Positions 26,455 through 38,919 of a stretch of DNA of 64,000 nt are shown here, piece by piece; positions within the stretch are counted from its first letter, which is position 1, and each line of letters starts with the position of its first letter. The notes below the pieces were generated by a model. It saw nothing but the letters and a program-made list of their open reading frames with translations, was not told where the DNA came from and ran no database searches. This stretch comes from Amphiscolops sp. MND2022. Taxonomy: Eukaryota. The position numbers and the translations under genes are program-made. The DNA is taken from NCBI GenBank assembly GCA_964187785.1, contig OZ076413.1, positions 50,036,001 through 50,100,000 on the forward strand, given 5' to 3'.

Positions 26455-26879
26455 TATTTTTAGAACGCGGTATTTTAGTGTTTTGTGGGCGCTTGCCTTG
26501 CTCTCTGGTATCGTCTTCCGCAGTCCACGTTAGCTTGAAAGGGGAGTGGCTCTAATTAGTCGAATTCCAAGAAATCGGACGGACTAAACCTTTAGTTTCA
26601 TCTGAAAATGTTTTTTTTGCGATATAAACACTGAGAAGACTCTAACTTCTTGAGCTCTCAGCAAAAACTGTGAAACCAGAGCAATTCAAGTTGGAACGTT
26701 TTGCGGATTGATTTGAAGTTTTGTATAAAATTAGAAGATTCAAACTATCGTCTTGTTTCATCTGAAAGTCGATAGGATACATAGGCCATCTGTATGATTT
26801 GTTGGTTTTATGCAGTAGGGCGTGGGGCCAATGAAAAACTGAAGAATTCGAATGAAAAGAAAAAAACCTGGAACTTTGA

Positions 26880-29874
26880 TTGGTAATCAATTGATTTCGT
26901 GTTTTTCCACTCATGAATGAACCAAGTTGATTACATTGGAAAAGTTTGTGAGGTTCTTTGAACCAATTGGTGAAAAGCATCCGTTTTGGATAAAAAATAA
27001 CTGATTGATCGAGAAAAATTATTCAATAGTTAGTTTAATCAAACATTGGGGAACAGAAACATTCAATGTTGATTAAACGCTTTGCAATTTGTTTCGACCT
27101 AGGTACCTTCAGGAAGAGAGAATGTTTCTTCAAGCATAAACTAGTAAGCCATTTATTAGTTCCTCGTTAGTTTTAAGGCTCTTTTTCCTTTTTCCCCCAC
27201 ACTTTTTAAAGAAAACAAACTCAACATAAAGGATTATATTTGACTATACCATTCAAAATTTCTTCGAATAAGTCTTTTCCTTTGTTTTGTTGTCTCCACA
27301 CTTTTAGAGTAGTTTTCCGCTTGAACAAAACATTGTTCACACAATTTGACTAATTATGTTCGTATTGAGTGTTTATTGATGACTCAAAACAGGAAGCTGT
27401 TGATTTCTTCATCAAAAATGCGTAACTATATAGGGAAAAAGTGTGAACAAAGTTTGTATCTGAATCCTAAACTATCACCCTGAGAATAAATTTGAAACTG
27501 AACTGTTTCATTGGAAACGCAATTGAGATACAATTAATTGCAAAAACATCATCTTGAAAAGTGTGTGGGGGGGGGGAAGGAAAAAGTTCCAGTTTTAATG
27601 TTACTCAATCCCAATATAAGGGGGAAAAGAAGCCCTAAACATTGAGTCTTGAACCAAGCGACAAAAAGGCAAAAACAAAAACTTCACTGATCTATTATCT
27701 GTTCTGCATACCGTTTTACAAAACCTTCCTTGCAAGATCTTGTAAGACATGTGTTTTTTGCAAGGATCTTGCAAGATCCTTGCAAGGTATGCATTCATTC
27801 TGAATCAGGGTGCCCTATCCAAAATTATCACCGATATTTCTCGATAGGGCAAAACAGTATGCAGAACACATAGGTTTACCCTAAAGTTGTAGCTGTAGCT
27901 ATAGCTATAGACAGACTACCAAGAATAGAGATCTTATCAAGGCCTTTCAAGAATAAACAGAAAAATGTAAGAATATGAAAGAGTTTGAAGATATTTTGCA
28001 CTGTGCAGCTATAATACTTTCGACACCGATGCAAAGTCGATAGATGTGTGCTCAACTCAACGGGTTACGATTAGTTTACGCACAGCAATTTAATTTCAAC
28101 CAAAACGGTAAAGACGAGACGAAAGCTTGAAACACACTTTTGAAAATAAAAACTTTCGACGCTCAGCCGAAATGAAACAATCGATTTATGGTCCGCGAAT
28201 TCCAGAAAACTGTTTTGCTTCTGTAAACGTTTGATACTTTAGGGTGCTATGTCTTGAGAGGTAAAAAGTTTAAATGTGTTGAGTTTTCTACTGTCATCGC
28301 AATGGTGGAACAGAGGACAGACCTTAAGCCAAGGGTAACTATATCGCCCCAATTCTGGAATTCAGTGAAAACGTTTGGTAATCAATTGATTTCGTGTTTT
28401 TCCACTCATGAATGAACCAAGTTGATCACATTGGAAAAGTTTCTGAGGTTCTTTGAACCAATTGGTGAAAAGCATCCGTTTTGGATTAAAAATAACTGAT
28501 TGTTCGAGAAAAATTATTCAATAGTTAGTTTAATCAAAAATTGGAGAACAGAAACATTCAATGTTGATTAAACGCTTTGCTATTTGTTTCGACCTAGGTA
28601 CCTTCAGGAAGAGAGAATGTTTCTTCAAGCATAAACTAGTAAACTATTTATTAGTTCCTCGTTAGTTTTAAGGCTCTTTTTTCTTTTTCCCCCACACTTT
28701 TCAAAGAAAACAAACTCAACATAAAGGATTATATTTGACTATACCGTTCAAAATTTCTTCGAATAAGTCTTTTCCTTTGTTTTGTTGTCTCCACACTTTT
28801 AGAGTAGTTTTCCGCTTGAACAAAACATTGTTTACACAATTTGACTAATTGTGTTCGTATTGAGTGTTTATTGATGACTCAAAACAGGAAGCTGTTGATT
28901 TCTTCATCAAAAATGCGTAACTATATAGGGAAAAAGTGTGAACAAAGTTTGTATCTGAATCCTAAACTATCACCCTGAGAATAAATTTGAAACTGAACTG
29001 TTTCATTGGAAACGCAATTGAGATACAATTAATTGCAAAAACATCATCTTGAAAAGTGTGTGTGGGGGGGGGGAAGGAAAAAGTTCCAGTTTTAATGTTA
29101 CTCAATCCCAATACAAGGGGGAAAAGAAGCCCTAAACATTGAGTCTTGAACCAAGCGACAAAAAGGCAAAAACAAAAACTTCACTGATCTATTATCTGTT
29201 CTGCATACCGTTTTACAAAACCTTCCTTGCAAGATCTTGTAAGACATGTGTTTTTTGCAAGGATCTTGCAAGATCCTTGCAAGGTATGCATTCATTCTGA
29301 ATCAGGGTACCCTATCCAAAATTATCACCGATATTTCTCGATAGGGCAAAACAGTATGCAGAACACATAGGTTTACCCTAAAGTTGTAGCTGTAGCTATA
29401 TCTATAGACAGACTACCAAGAATAGAGATCTTATCAAGGCCTTTCAAGAATAAACAGAAAAATGTAAGAATATGAAAGAGTTTGAAGATATTTTGCACTG
29501 GGCAGCTATAATACTTTCGACACCGATGCAAAGTCGATAGATGTGTGCTCAACTCAACGGGTTACGATTAGTTTACGCACAGCAATTTAATTTCAACCAA
29601 AACGGTAAAGACGAGACGAAAGCTTCAAACACACATTTAAAAATAAAAACTTTCGACGCTCAGCCGAAATTAAACAATCGATTTATGGTCCGCGAATTCC
29701 AGAAAACTGTTTTGCTTCTGTAAACGTTTGATACTTCAGGGTGCTATGTCTTGAGAGGTAAAAAGTTTAAATGTGTTGAGTTTTCTACTGTCATCGCAAT
29801 GGTGGAACAGAGGACAGACCTTAAGCCAAGGGTAACTATATCGCCCCAATTCTGGAATTCAGTGGAAACGTTTG
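26880..29874. repeat. Near-identical tandem duplication, 2 x ~1.5 kb (26880-28374, 28375-29874)
   Basis: Both copies begin TTGGTAATCAATTGATTTCG and end GGAATTCAGTG(A/G)AAACGT. Near-identical spurious ORFs at 27601 and 29098 are 1497 bp apart. Confidence 0.95.
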
Positions 29875-31924
29875 AAAATTCCTAATTTATGATCAGTTCA
29901 AGGAGTGTAAAAATGTGAAAACAAGGCGCTGGACACAATTTTTCGAGAAATGGGGCAACGTTGGTATATCGTCTGAATTAAAATCTTCCTGAGAAATTAA
30001 AACCGAAACATGGAATTGTACAAGAAAAATAGTTTATGAGTTCAAAAATTCTTGAAAAACACAAGGTTTGTTTATAGTTCTGGTACGCTACTGTATTTGG
30101 CATGGTGAGGCAAGTGAAGCAGCTTTGAGCCTTTTCAAAGTGTCAAATGGCATTATTCTATTGTCAGGGCTCCTCAACAAAGGGCAAAGTTAGTTTGTCT
30201 TTATTGTGTCACCTCTAGAGTCACATCAATAATCGAATCCTCAGTGCCAAAAAGTAGCCATGTCCATTGAGTAGCACATGCTGCATTTTTATGGCTTACA
30301 AAAGCAACTCCATAGAATGTAGTTTCATGAGGTATCGGCTAACGGTGATTACAAAAGGTACTTACATGAGAAACTTACGCGTGAAAACAAAGTGATCGCT
30401 GCGGTGAAGAAGTGGAAATGTTTTCAGTTTTAATCCAAATAGTGAAGGCTGCATTGTAATCCTACAAAATGTTTCCATGCACGGTCCCGGAATTTTCCAT
30501 GTTTTATAAAAAATTAGCCTGCATGTTTCCATGCAGCATGTAAAAAGTTCAAGCAATCTCTACTGGGGATTTGCATTCCTCCTCATGGGATGACTGTCCT
30601 TCGTGTCAGGAAAAAGGAAATACCTTGTGCAAATTAGTATTCTTAAAAATGAAAGACTGTATTTTTGATGTTTTTTCAGTCTTTTATGGTGGCAAACAAA
30701 AAGTGAAAGTGTATTGATTTATTTGACAAGAAACAAATTTCGATTTTTCTACTACGAAGTACTTAGAAGTTTTCATGCGTTAATTTTTTGGAACTACTCC
30801 TTGAACCGCTCCTCTTTGAGTCATTGAAGTTTTGTCTACATTAGATTACCTAAATTACATGAATTAAAATTTCATGTTTTGGGTGACAGTGAAATTCGGA
30901 AAAGCTCTTTCCAAATTGTTTGGGTAAAATGCGAACGTAAATTTGACTTTTCCCTGTGAAATAGACTAAAAATCCATGTGAATTTCTGCCTTCATTCATT
31001 TCTTGGATTTTGTGTGAACAACACTTTCCTGTAGGTGAAGCATTATTCTAACAGCACATTATTCTGGGCCCATTTTTGCCCCTTCTAAAACACACTCAGT
31101 TTCACAGGTAATAAACATTGAATTTCAAGGCGTATTGTACATCGTCTTGGATGATTCTTGAACACGTACTGAGCGTCTGGCTCAGGATGTTCGTTACTTT
31201 CTATTTACGTAGGTAGAAACATGAAACGCCATTCATCAAAGCCTTTCGACTTTTTCGCCAACGATAACCATGTTTGGCATACTTTTGACGTTAGTATACC
31301 CAATATAAGACGAATTAATTACGGTTGAATTTCAACACGGTGAACGTTCATGACGCATCTCAACATTACGAATTCTTCGAGAAAAGCGCCAATATTAATG
31401 CAGTCATGTTTGTCGTGTGTGTTATTACAGACTTGAATGGTGTTTGCTCGGTCTGAGGTCTTGTCGTTTCTCATACCGTCGATAAAATCAGCAAATCTGC
31501 AAGTGGCGTGAACACAGCTTGTTACGTAACAGCGTCAACTGTTGCATACTGCGTTGAGAAACAGGAAAACGTACGTCTTTTTCCTTTTTCGTTCTTGTTT
31601 CCCACTTTTTGCACACCAACGTTGAATTCTCATTTGGTCGTCTTATCGCTGTGGGAACGTTTTTTGCCGGTGAATTGCATCAGAAAGTGCATTACGTGGA
31701 GATATAAGCAGGAAGAAACTGTTTTTGAGTAACGCTTGACTCGAAAAACGTCGAAATCCGTAAATAGCTACTTTATTTCTTGCATTCTGTTTTATTTCTT
31801 CATTGTAATAAGACTACAGTAACTGTGTCTGCGTTCGACTTGACAACCTACGTAATTTATTCGTTCTATATTTGAGTTTCTTCATTATACGACGTGACTG
31901 AAACTTACAGAAAACTCTCTCAAA

Positions 31925-33013
31925 ATGTCTGGAATGGTAAAAGCCAAAGTGTACGACTGGAAAGATTCCAACATGGCGCTTTTTGGATCTGACGAGGATC
32001 GCAAAGTGAAGGAAGCAGCCGCGGCTACCGAAGAAGCTTGGAACGAAGCTGGAACCAAAGTAGGTCTGGAGATCTGGAGAATCAACAAGTTCAAGGTGGA
32101 ACGATGGCCCAAAGATGACTATGGAAAGTTCTTCAGCGGGGATTCTTACATCATCTTGAACACCTTTATTCGTCCGGAGGAAGAAGATTTCGAGTATGAT
32201 CTTCATTTCTGGATCGGCAAGTATAGTACCCAGGACGAGTATGGAACTGCGGCTTATAAAACCGTGGAACTGGACACGCTTCTGAAAGACAAGCCAGTTC
32301 AGCATCGAGAGGTGATGAACTATGAGTCAGACTTGTTCAAGAGCTACTTCAAGTCTTTGACCTATCTGAAGGGAGGAGCCGAAACTGGGTTCCATCATGT
32401 GGAAAAAGTTGTCATGAAACCGACTCTGTTCCACATCTTTGGATCCAAAAAATGTGTGCAAATCGAAGAAGTTGGGCTGAACAAAGAAAACTTGGATAGC
32501 CATGACGTGTATGTTCTGGTGACGGATAAAACTGTTTTCCAGTGGAATGGCCAATTTTGCAACAAAGACGAGAAGCTGAAGGCAAGCATGTATGTTGTGG
32601 AGTTGCGTAGAAACGGGAAAGGTCTGGAAGTTATCGAAGATCCTGATCAAGACAAGGATTTCTTGTCCTTCTTTTCGGACAGTGAACCTTTGAATGAAAA
32701 GGCTCAAGATATTCAGGATGTGACGTCATCAAAGTTGCTCCGACTGACTGATTCTTCTGGCAAGATGAAAGTTTCTGAAGAAGTGAGTTCGGGGACAATC
32801 AAGAAAACGATGTTGGACTCGTCGGATGTTTTCATCATCGACAAGAAGAATCAATGTTTCGTCTGGGTCGGCAAGAATGCGTCGCAGAATGAGAAGAAAA
32901 ATTGGGCGCTGCATTCGCACAACTATCTGAAAACAACGAAACACCCCCTGAAACCTGTCACTTGTGTCAGCGAGGGAAAGGAACCTAAAGGTATGTTTGA
33001 CAGCGAGTGCTGA
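31925..33013 (+). CDS. Gelsolin-like protein (three-domain severin/fragmin type), intronless, 362 aa
   Basis: KAKVYDWKDSNMALFGS N-terminus, GLEIWRINKFKV, YGKFFSGDSYIIL, LHFWIGKYSTQDEYGTAAYKTVELD, PVQHREV, GGAETGF and DVFIID...VWVGK gelsolin-repeat motifs. Confidence 0.95.
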   Translation: MSGMVKAKVYDWKDSNMALFGSDEDRKVKEAAAATEEAWNEAGTKVGLEIWRINKFKVERWPKDDYGKFFSGDSYIILNTFIRPEEEDFEYDLHFWIGKYSTQDEYGTAAYKTVELDTLLKDKPVQHREVMNYESDLFKSYFKSLTYLKGGAETGFHHVEKVVMKPTLFHIFGSKKCVQIEEVGLNKENLDSHDVYVLVTDKTVFQWNGQFCNKDEKLKASMYVVELRRNGKGLEVIEDPDQDKDFLSFFSDSEPLNEKAQDIQDVTSSKLLRLTDSSGKMKVSEEVSSGTIKKTMLDSSDVFIIDKKNQCFVWVGKNASQNEKKNWALHSHNYLKTTKHPLKPVTCVSEGKEPKGMFDSEC

Positions 33014-33643
33014 AAAAACAAACATCTACCTTCAATCATTTTGAAAAAAATATCAACCCACCGATTTAAACCCTTTTGCAGCTGAACAGATAAACTTCAA
33101 ACAGAAAAACTTCAAACATTGGAACCTATTATAATATTATCATTGATCACAGTAGAAAGATGTTATTTGTATATGATTCCCTAGAACCTTCGGAAGAATT
33201 GTAAAGTTAAATTGTTTGGAGAATTAATGTACGATTGGGGAAAATATGGAAGAAGTTGAGAATATGAGAACAAAAGATGATGCTAGCTTTTTGTAATTCA
33301 AAATAATGTTCAATTCAAATAGAACTTGAAGTTAACTGCTTTTTATTTTGTGAGAATATCAAAAAGAGGTTTTAACATTGGTAAAAATGTTCTTTAAAGA
33401 AATTCAGCTCCATGATATGTAAGCTGAAAATCATTTCCACAGTCTACATTTCAGCGTTTTTTGTTTTTTTTTTTCAAGAAAATTTCCCTGTTTTTCTGTT
33501 TTCAAACTTTTGAATTTTCCGTTTGCCAACGAAATATCCGAAACCTGGAGCTAGTAACAGTGATCGTGAATACAAATTCAGTCCCTCCTCATACAAACGC
33601 CTTGTCTTATCAAATACATTTTTCAAAAAAAATGTTGAACAAA

Positions 33644-34167
33644 TTTTTAGTCGGCGCATTTCGTAGAAAAACGCAGACTATAGTAGACTTTTCTTTTTTT
33701 AAAAGACCAACGAAGTGACAGATTTTATAAGCTTTATAAGCTGGCTTCCACTAACTGCCACACTAAAGTAGATTCTACTGCTTCTGATTTTGAGGATTTT
33801 TGAGGTCTGCCAAGCAGAAGGACGTGAGTTCGAGTCTCGCCCTTGACCAAAATATTTTGTTTAGGTCATTTTGACTTTGTGAGACATTTCGCAAATTTTT
33901 TTAATGTCTCCAAAGGGTCCCCCTTCAATTTTTTCCTATTTTGCAAAAAGATGGATGGTCAAAACTCCCAAAGGCCTTTTACTTTTTTGGCACTATGCGA
34001 CATACCAGAGACAAAAAAATTCAACAAAATTTTCTGAAAAAAATTTCGGATTTTTTTTTCAATTTTTTTCCTCATGCGGGTACTGTAGAAGAGAATACTT
34101 GATACTTTGAAGTCCTTTTGCTATTTTCGAGCCTTAGATAGGGCGCCGACTTGGGCCGTTCCCTGTT
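33644..34167 (+). mobile_element. HINE-like family A element with a B-box-like motif
   Basis: 5' TTTTTAGTCGGCGC (33644-33657), 3' GCGCCGACT (34143-34151) plus GGGCCGTTCCC; GAGTTCGAGTC at ~33826-33836. Confidence 0.72.
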
Positions 34168-36092
34168 TTTTTTTAATCGGTTTCACTCATGTTTTGAATT
34201 TTGAGGTTTTCTGTTGAGGAAAACTGTTTTCCAAACCTTGAGTGTGACGTGTTTGGTTATTTTTTGGTCCTTTGGGACTGATGAGAGTTTTCTCAATGCC
34301 TGCTGAAAAACCTACGGCTTCATCGGCACTGTTCGATTTAAAAATTTATATTTGGACAAAGGGTACCCCCTTCACTTCTTCAAATTTTTTGTGGCTTGGA
34401 AAAATTGTTTTGCAATTTCAGAGGGTCTTTTTTGGTTTCTCTGTACGATGAGACTTTCTTCGATACCAAAACAATTTAACCGTTTTTTCATTATTCAGGT
34501 TTTTCTGACGTTTCCAGTTCAGAAGAAGCTATTTTCGAGTTTCGAAGGTATCCTCCGGGTATTTTTTGACCCCCGAATGTTTCAAATGTTTTGGTCTTTT
34601 GAACCTTGAGCTGGCACTAAATTGGGTTGTTCTCGGCTTGTTTGCTAATTTGAGTTGTGTGGCGAGCTTTCGGGCCTGCTTTGGACATACCTTTTTGAAA
34701 TACCAGTGTGGCGGATAATATCTCGATGCTTAGTGGGCGTCTTGTTTAAAATATTGAGGTCGATGTTAACACCAATCAATCTACAATAGGCTGAAGATCT
34801 AAAGAGGGCCAGAAAATAGGGTTCAAAGATTCCTTCTTTTCAATTTGATTTTTAAAACTCTGAATTACATTTTCCAAAAGTACAAACACCAAAATAAAAT
34901 TCTCTGACGAAAAAAAAACAAGTTTGCATATTGCACCAATTTGGGCAACATTGCATTCCTACAAGCCAACAAGGCTTTCTCCAAGAAATAGGTCGGTCCT
35001 CTGAATATTTTAATAAGTGTCCCAATCCAGAAAACTGAAAAGTTGATTTTGAAACCTCAAATTGCGGAAGCTAAGCACTACTTACTTGTCAATAATATTT
35101 GTGTAAGCTGAATTTCTTAGAAATTGTAACTGCTGCTTTTTCCAGATATCTTTCATTCCATTTCGTTGCCACTACAACTTCCAGAAGCAGTGAGGCAGCT
35201 CCACTCCAAGTGTGAAGCTAGTTTACTTCTCGCAGCAGCGAGGCAGCGCTTTTATTTTTTGGATTGAAAAAGGGAAAAATTGATTTAACGTTTCAGTAAT
35301 AACGTTTGTAATTAAAGGCGATGTAAACTATAAGAGTGATTAATTTTGCGCTATAAAATGAATTAAGAAAATTAGTTTCAGATTTGTTTTCATAATTGAA
35401 CTTTGAATTTTGTGGTGTTTGTAGCCTAGAGCAGAAATATTACTGAGCCCCACAGGCCTCGTACAATGTATTCTATCATTGACCAATGAAAAATCAGTGA
35501 CAAGAAACATCTGAGTGAACGGTAAATTCTCACGATCGCGAGCTTGATCGAGCTGGTCAAGGCTTATGAAAAATCACATTGGGGATTTGAAATTTCACGT
35601 GGCTTGATAGTTCCCCAGCTTCAGCTCCACAGTCAACTGCCGAAGCTAAAAAAAAGACTTTTTAAAAGAGGAAAAACATTTTCAACTATTTGGCGTTTGT
35701 TCAATACTTACATTCCTCCAAATTTCAAATGGTAGAAGTCAAAATGCTGCCAAAAACTGACATCTTAAAGTCCATTTATTGAGGAACTCTAATTGTCAAA
35801 ATTTCGGAAGTAATACTGTTTTCCAGAAGAAAAATATCGAAATACAACTGGGTGAAAACTCAATAGTGAATTCTTCAGGAAATAATTGATGATATGCATA
35901 ATTACTTTTTTCACTGTTCACAGGTCGATGACTATAACCGAGTTCATTGAATGTCACTTTTTTCCTTTCTCACCGCAAATTCCCCATAACTAAAGAATAA
36001 ATTGAATAAATTAATGAAAAACTTGGAGAAATAGCGCAAGATGCAATGAATCGCTCATTTGAAATTTTTGAGGGCGAAATTGAGTGTCTTAA

Positions 36093-36755
36093 CCCGTTCA
36101 GGACGGAAAGCGTTCAAATATACCTACAAACGTTTTTTTTTCTACAAACGCTACTTAAAAGTATCAGAAAACACTGCCAGATCTTGCAAAACCTGAACTT
36201 TCAGGGAATGTACTTTTTTCGAACTGTCATATTTAGAGGACCTTCGATAAAAACACTTCAGAAAAGAACAACAAAATTCAATTCAAAGAAGTTATGCAAA
36301 ATCATCCTCAGAAAGAATCAGTACCAAAACCATATCAGGCAGTATGATAACCATCAAAGCAGTTTTTACACAACGTAATGAAACATTTCGAACAAAATGT
36401 TTTGAGCTTTGCATTGCATCTTTCACCTTGACATCTTCTTTGGAGTTCTCTAGTTTTGATGAAATGGCCCATATTGTCGTAACGGAGAGTCACGTGGACT
36501 ACCGACAAGTATTTTTCGTTTGCGAGTTGTTTTCAAATAGGCCAGTGCCAAAGCACGTCTGAAAGAAAGCAAGTCGACTGGCTTCTCATGCGCTTTGTTG
36601 TATAAAACCTGAGCATTGCAAATAGCGATGTCTATCAAATTGGTAACCAAATTCCAGTACCATTTTTTCCACGAATGGCGACTCGATACTTATTCACCAT
36701 CCAGTCGAGTTTGTCAACTCCGCCCATGCCTGCCTGCATTGTAGCACAGAACCGG
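36093..36755 (-). mobile_element. Internally deleted piggyBac element (transposase C-terminal remnant)
   Basis: Flanked by TTAA (36089-36092, 36756-36759); ends CCCGTTCAGGAC and degenerate GCACAGAACCGG. The minus strand encodes YN..MGGVDKLDWMVNKYRVAIR..WYW...IDIAICNA...FRRALA and a Cys-rich tail (C...CSKC...CKNCF..YH). Confidence 0.85.
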
Positions 36756-37374
36756 TTAAAAAGCAACCCGGGTAGCTGGTTCATTCCTTTTGGAACTTTT
36801 TGGATTTTCTAATCCACCAAAACTTTCACAAAGTGTGCAAAAACCGCAAATAAGGTTAAAAATGGCTTTTGAAAGTTCTCAATTTTTTCTTAAAAGTATA
36901 CTTAGTAGATATACGAGGCTACCAAAAAGCTTAAATCATAATTCCAAAAAATGCGTTGAAACATGGTCTCAGAATGATACCAAAAAAGGAAAACTTTGGG
37001 GGTTAGAAAATCCGAAAGGTCACATGACGAAGAAATAAGCTGCCAGTGTTACTTTTTTGAAGCTAAGTCCGAAAATTTTGATTGAAAAAGTAATCCAAAA
37101 AATGCGACTAAAAGTTTCCATTTTTAAATATTCTTGCAATTTTTCAACGTTTCAGAAGTTTTTCGCATGTTAGAAATTGCAAGAAGTTCCAGTCCTAAAA
37201 ACCTGTTATTCAAGACGCTATTTTGAAGAGAAATCCAAAGAAATAAAGTGTCTGAAAAGCACCCCAAAATATCTATCAATCAACAAAAAACATCCAAGTT
37301 TTAAAACTTTTCGGGCAATATCTGCACAGTTTTTCAAATTTCGCAGTTTATACGTACGAGAAACTAGAAGACAA

Positions 37375-37781
37375 AACAAGCCGGAAACGGCCCAAGTCGG
37401 CGCCATATCTAGCTCAAAAGTCCAAAAAAAGTCCTATAGTACTGAATACTTTAGAAATAAAGCATTACTTTGAACACAAATTATGTGAAATTTTGAGAAA
37501 AAAAATCGATGTTATACGAGAAGTGAAAACGTTATATTCGAACTTTGAAGACGTTATATCTGAACTTGGATAAGTTATAAACGATAACGCATTGGTCCCT
37601 TTGAGTTTTTTAGATGGTCTAAAAAATTTTCGCAAGATTTGGCGCCATTATTTAAATATTTGCTAAAATTTACAAAAAAATGTAAGAAGACTGGACCACA
37701 TAGAGTGAGAATGTCAGCTGAAAAACTACCCACTGTGAAAGTCGGGCTTTTTTCCTCAAGGGAAAAGGCGCCGACTAAAAA
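37375..37781 (-). mobile_element. HINE-like family A element
   Basis: AACAA-GCCGGAAACGGC hairpin-AGTCGGCGCC (37395-37404), with its perfect inverted partner GGCGCCGACT-AAAAA (37767-37781). Confidence 0.78.
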
Positions 37782-38919
37782 CAACTATTTGTCGTGTCGT
37801 CTCATAAGGAAAACACATAGCTTCAAAGATGTACTTCTATGTGAGATCATTAAGAACACTGCAAAATGTAATGAAATAAAGTTATCATTAAAACAACAAC
37901 TCTATTAAGCACCTCGATAGACACGACGGCCCAAATGGAAGTGACATTCTTACTAAGTCTTTGAGCCATTTTGAGCCATGAATTGACGTTGGCTATCCCT
38001 CCGTATTTAGAGATTTTAAGATCTGAGCTGTCGAGGCGATCATATTTCGCAATTTACTCGGAAACGGATCTATGTGGGCTATCATTTATATAGTCTATTG
38101 TCATTTAACTAATGGAATCTCTAGCAAAACCGTGGCATGAGACTTTCTGAAGGACATTTGGAGATTATTGTTCGATAAACATCTGCGGATGCATCGAGCC
38201 AGTTTTAGGCTCCTTTCGAATAAGATACGTCGCAGAAATTGGAAGCTTTTCAGACGTTGTCCTGTAATGTTTTGGCCGGATAATTTCAAAGTTTTTAACT
38301 GCAGATAATTGCAGGGGTTTTTTGTTGGCGGGGTGTCCCGTGTGTGTTTGTAGTGTGTGTCTGTAAGTAAGTAAGATCCGTTGTAGAAATGATTGGAAAC
38401 TGACTCCTAAAAAATCAAAGTTCAGACTTTCATTGTCTTCTTTTATTGCTTGTAGAGATCTGTCAGCAATGCCATTGGATCGAGTGAGTAAGAAGGAAGT
38501 TCTATTTTTCTACAACACTGAAAGTTTAATTATTTTTATTTTGTGTGATTTTGCTGTTGGCGAAATATTTTTCATCATTTCAGAATGGTGGGTCACCGCA
38601 GGTGAAAATTTCGGTCCATCCGGATCCTGCATCGACAAACGTGAGAGCGTTGCTGAATAGTTGTATACGAGCCCTGTTAGTGTGCAGTCGTTCCAATGGG
38701 TAAACTTTAAGTCATGTTCCGATGAAGTTAAATACAAGAGGTTGGGTTCGTTACACCAGATGCATCTGTTCAGAGAGTTTTCAAAATCATTTCCGAGACG
38801 AGCTTCAACATGTTTCTTGTAGCAAAAATACTTTCAGGAGATTCATGAGCTCTTACGATAACAATTTACTTATCTTCGGAAGAATAAACTGACTTGGACA
38901 ATGATACACCATTTGATCC

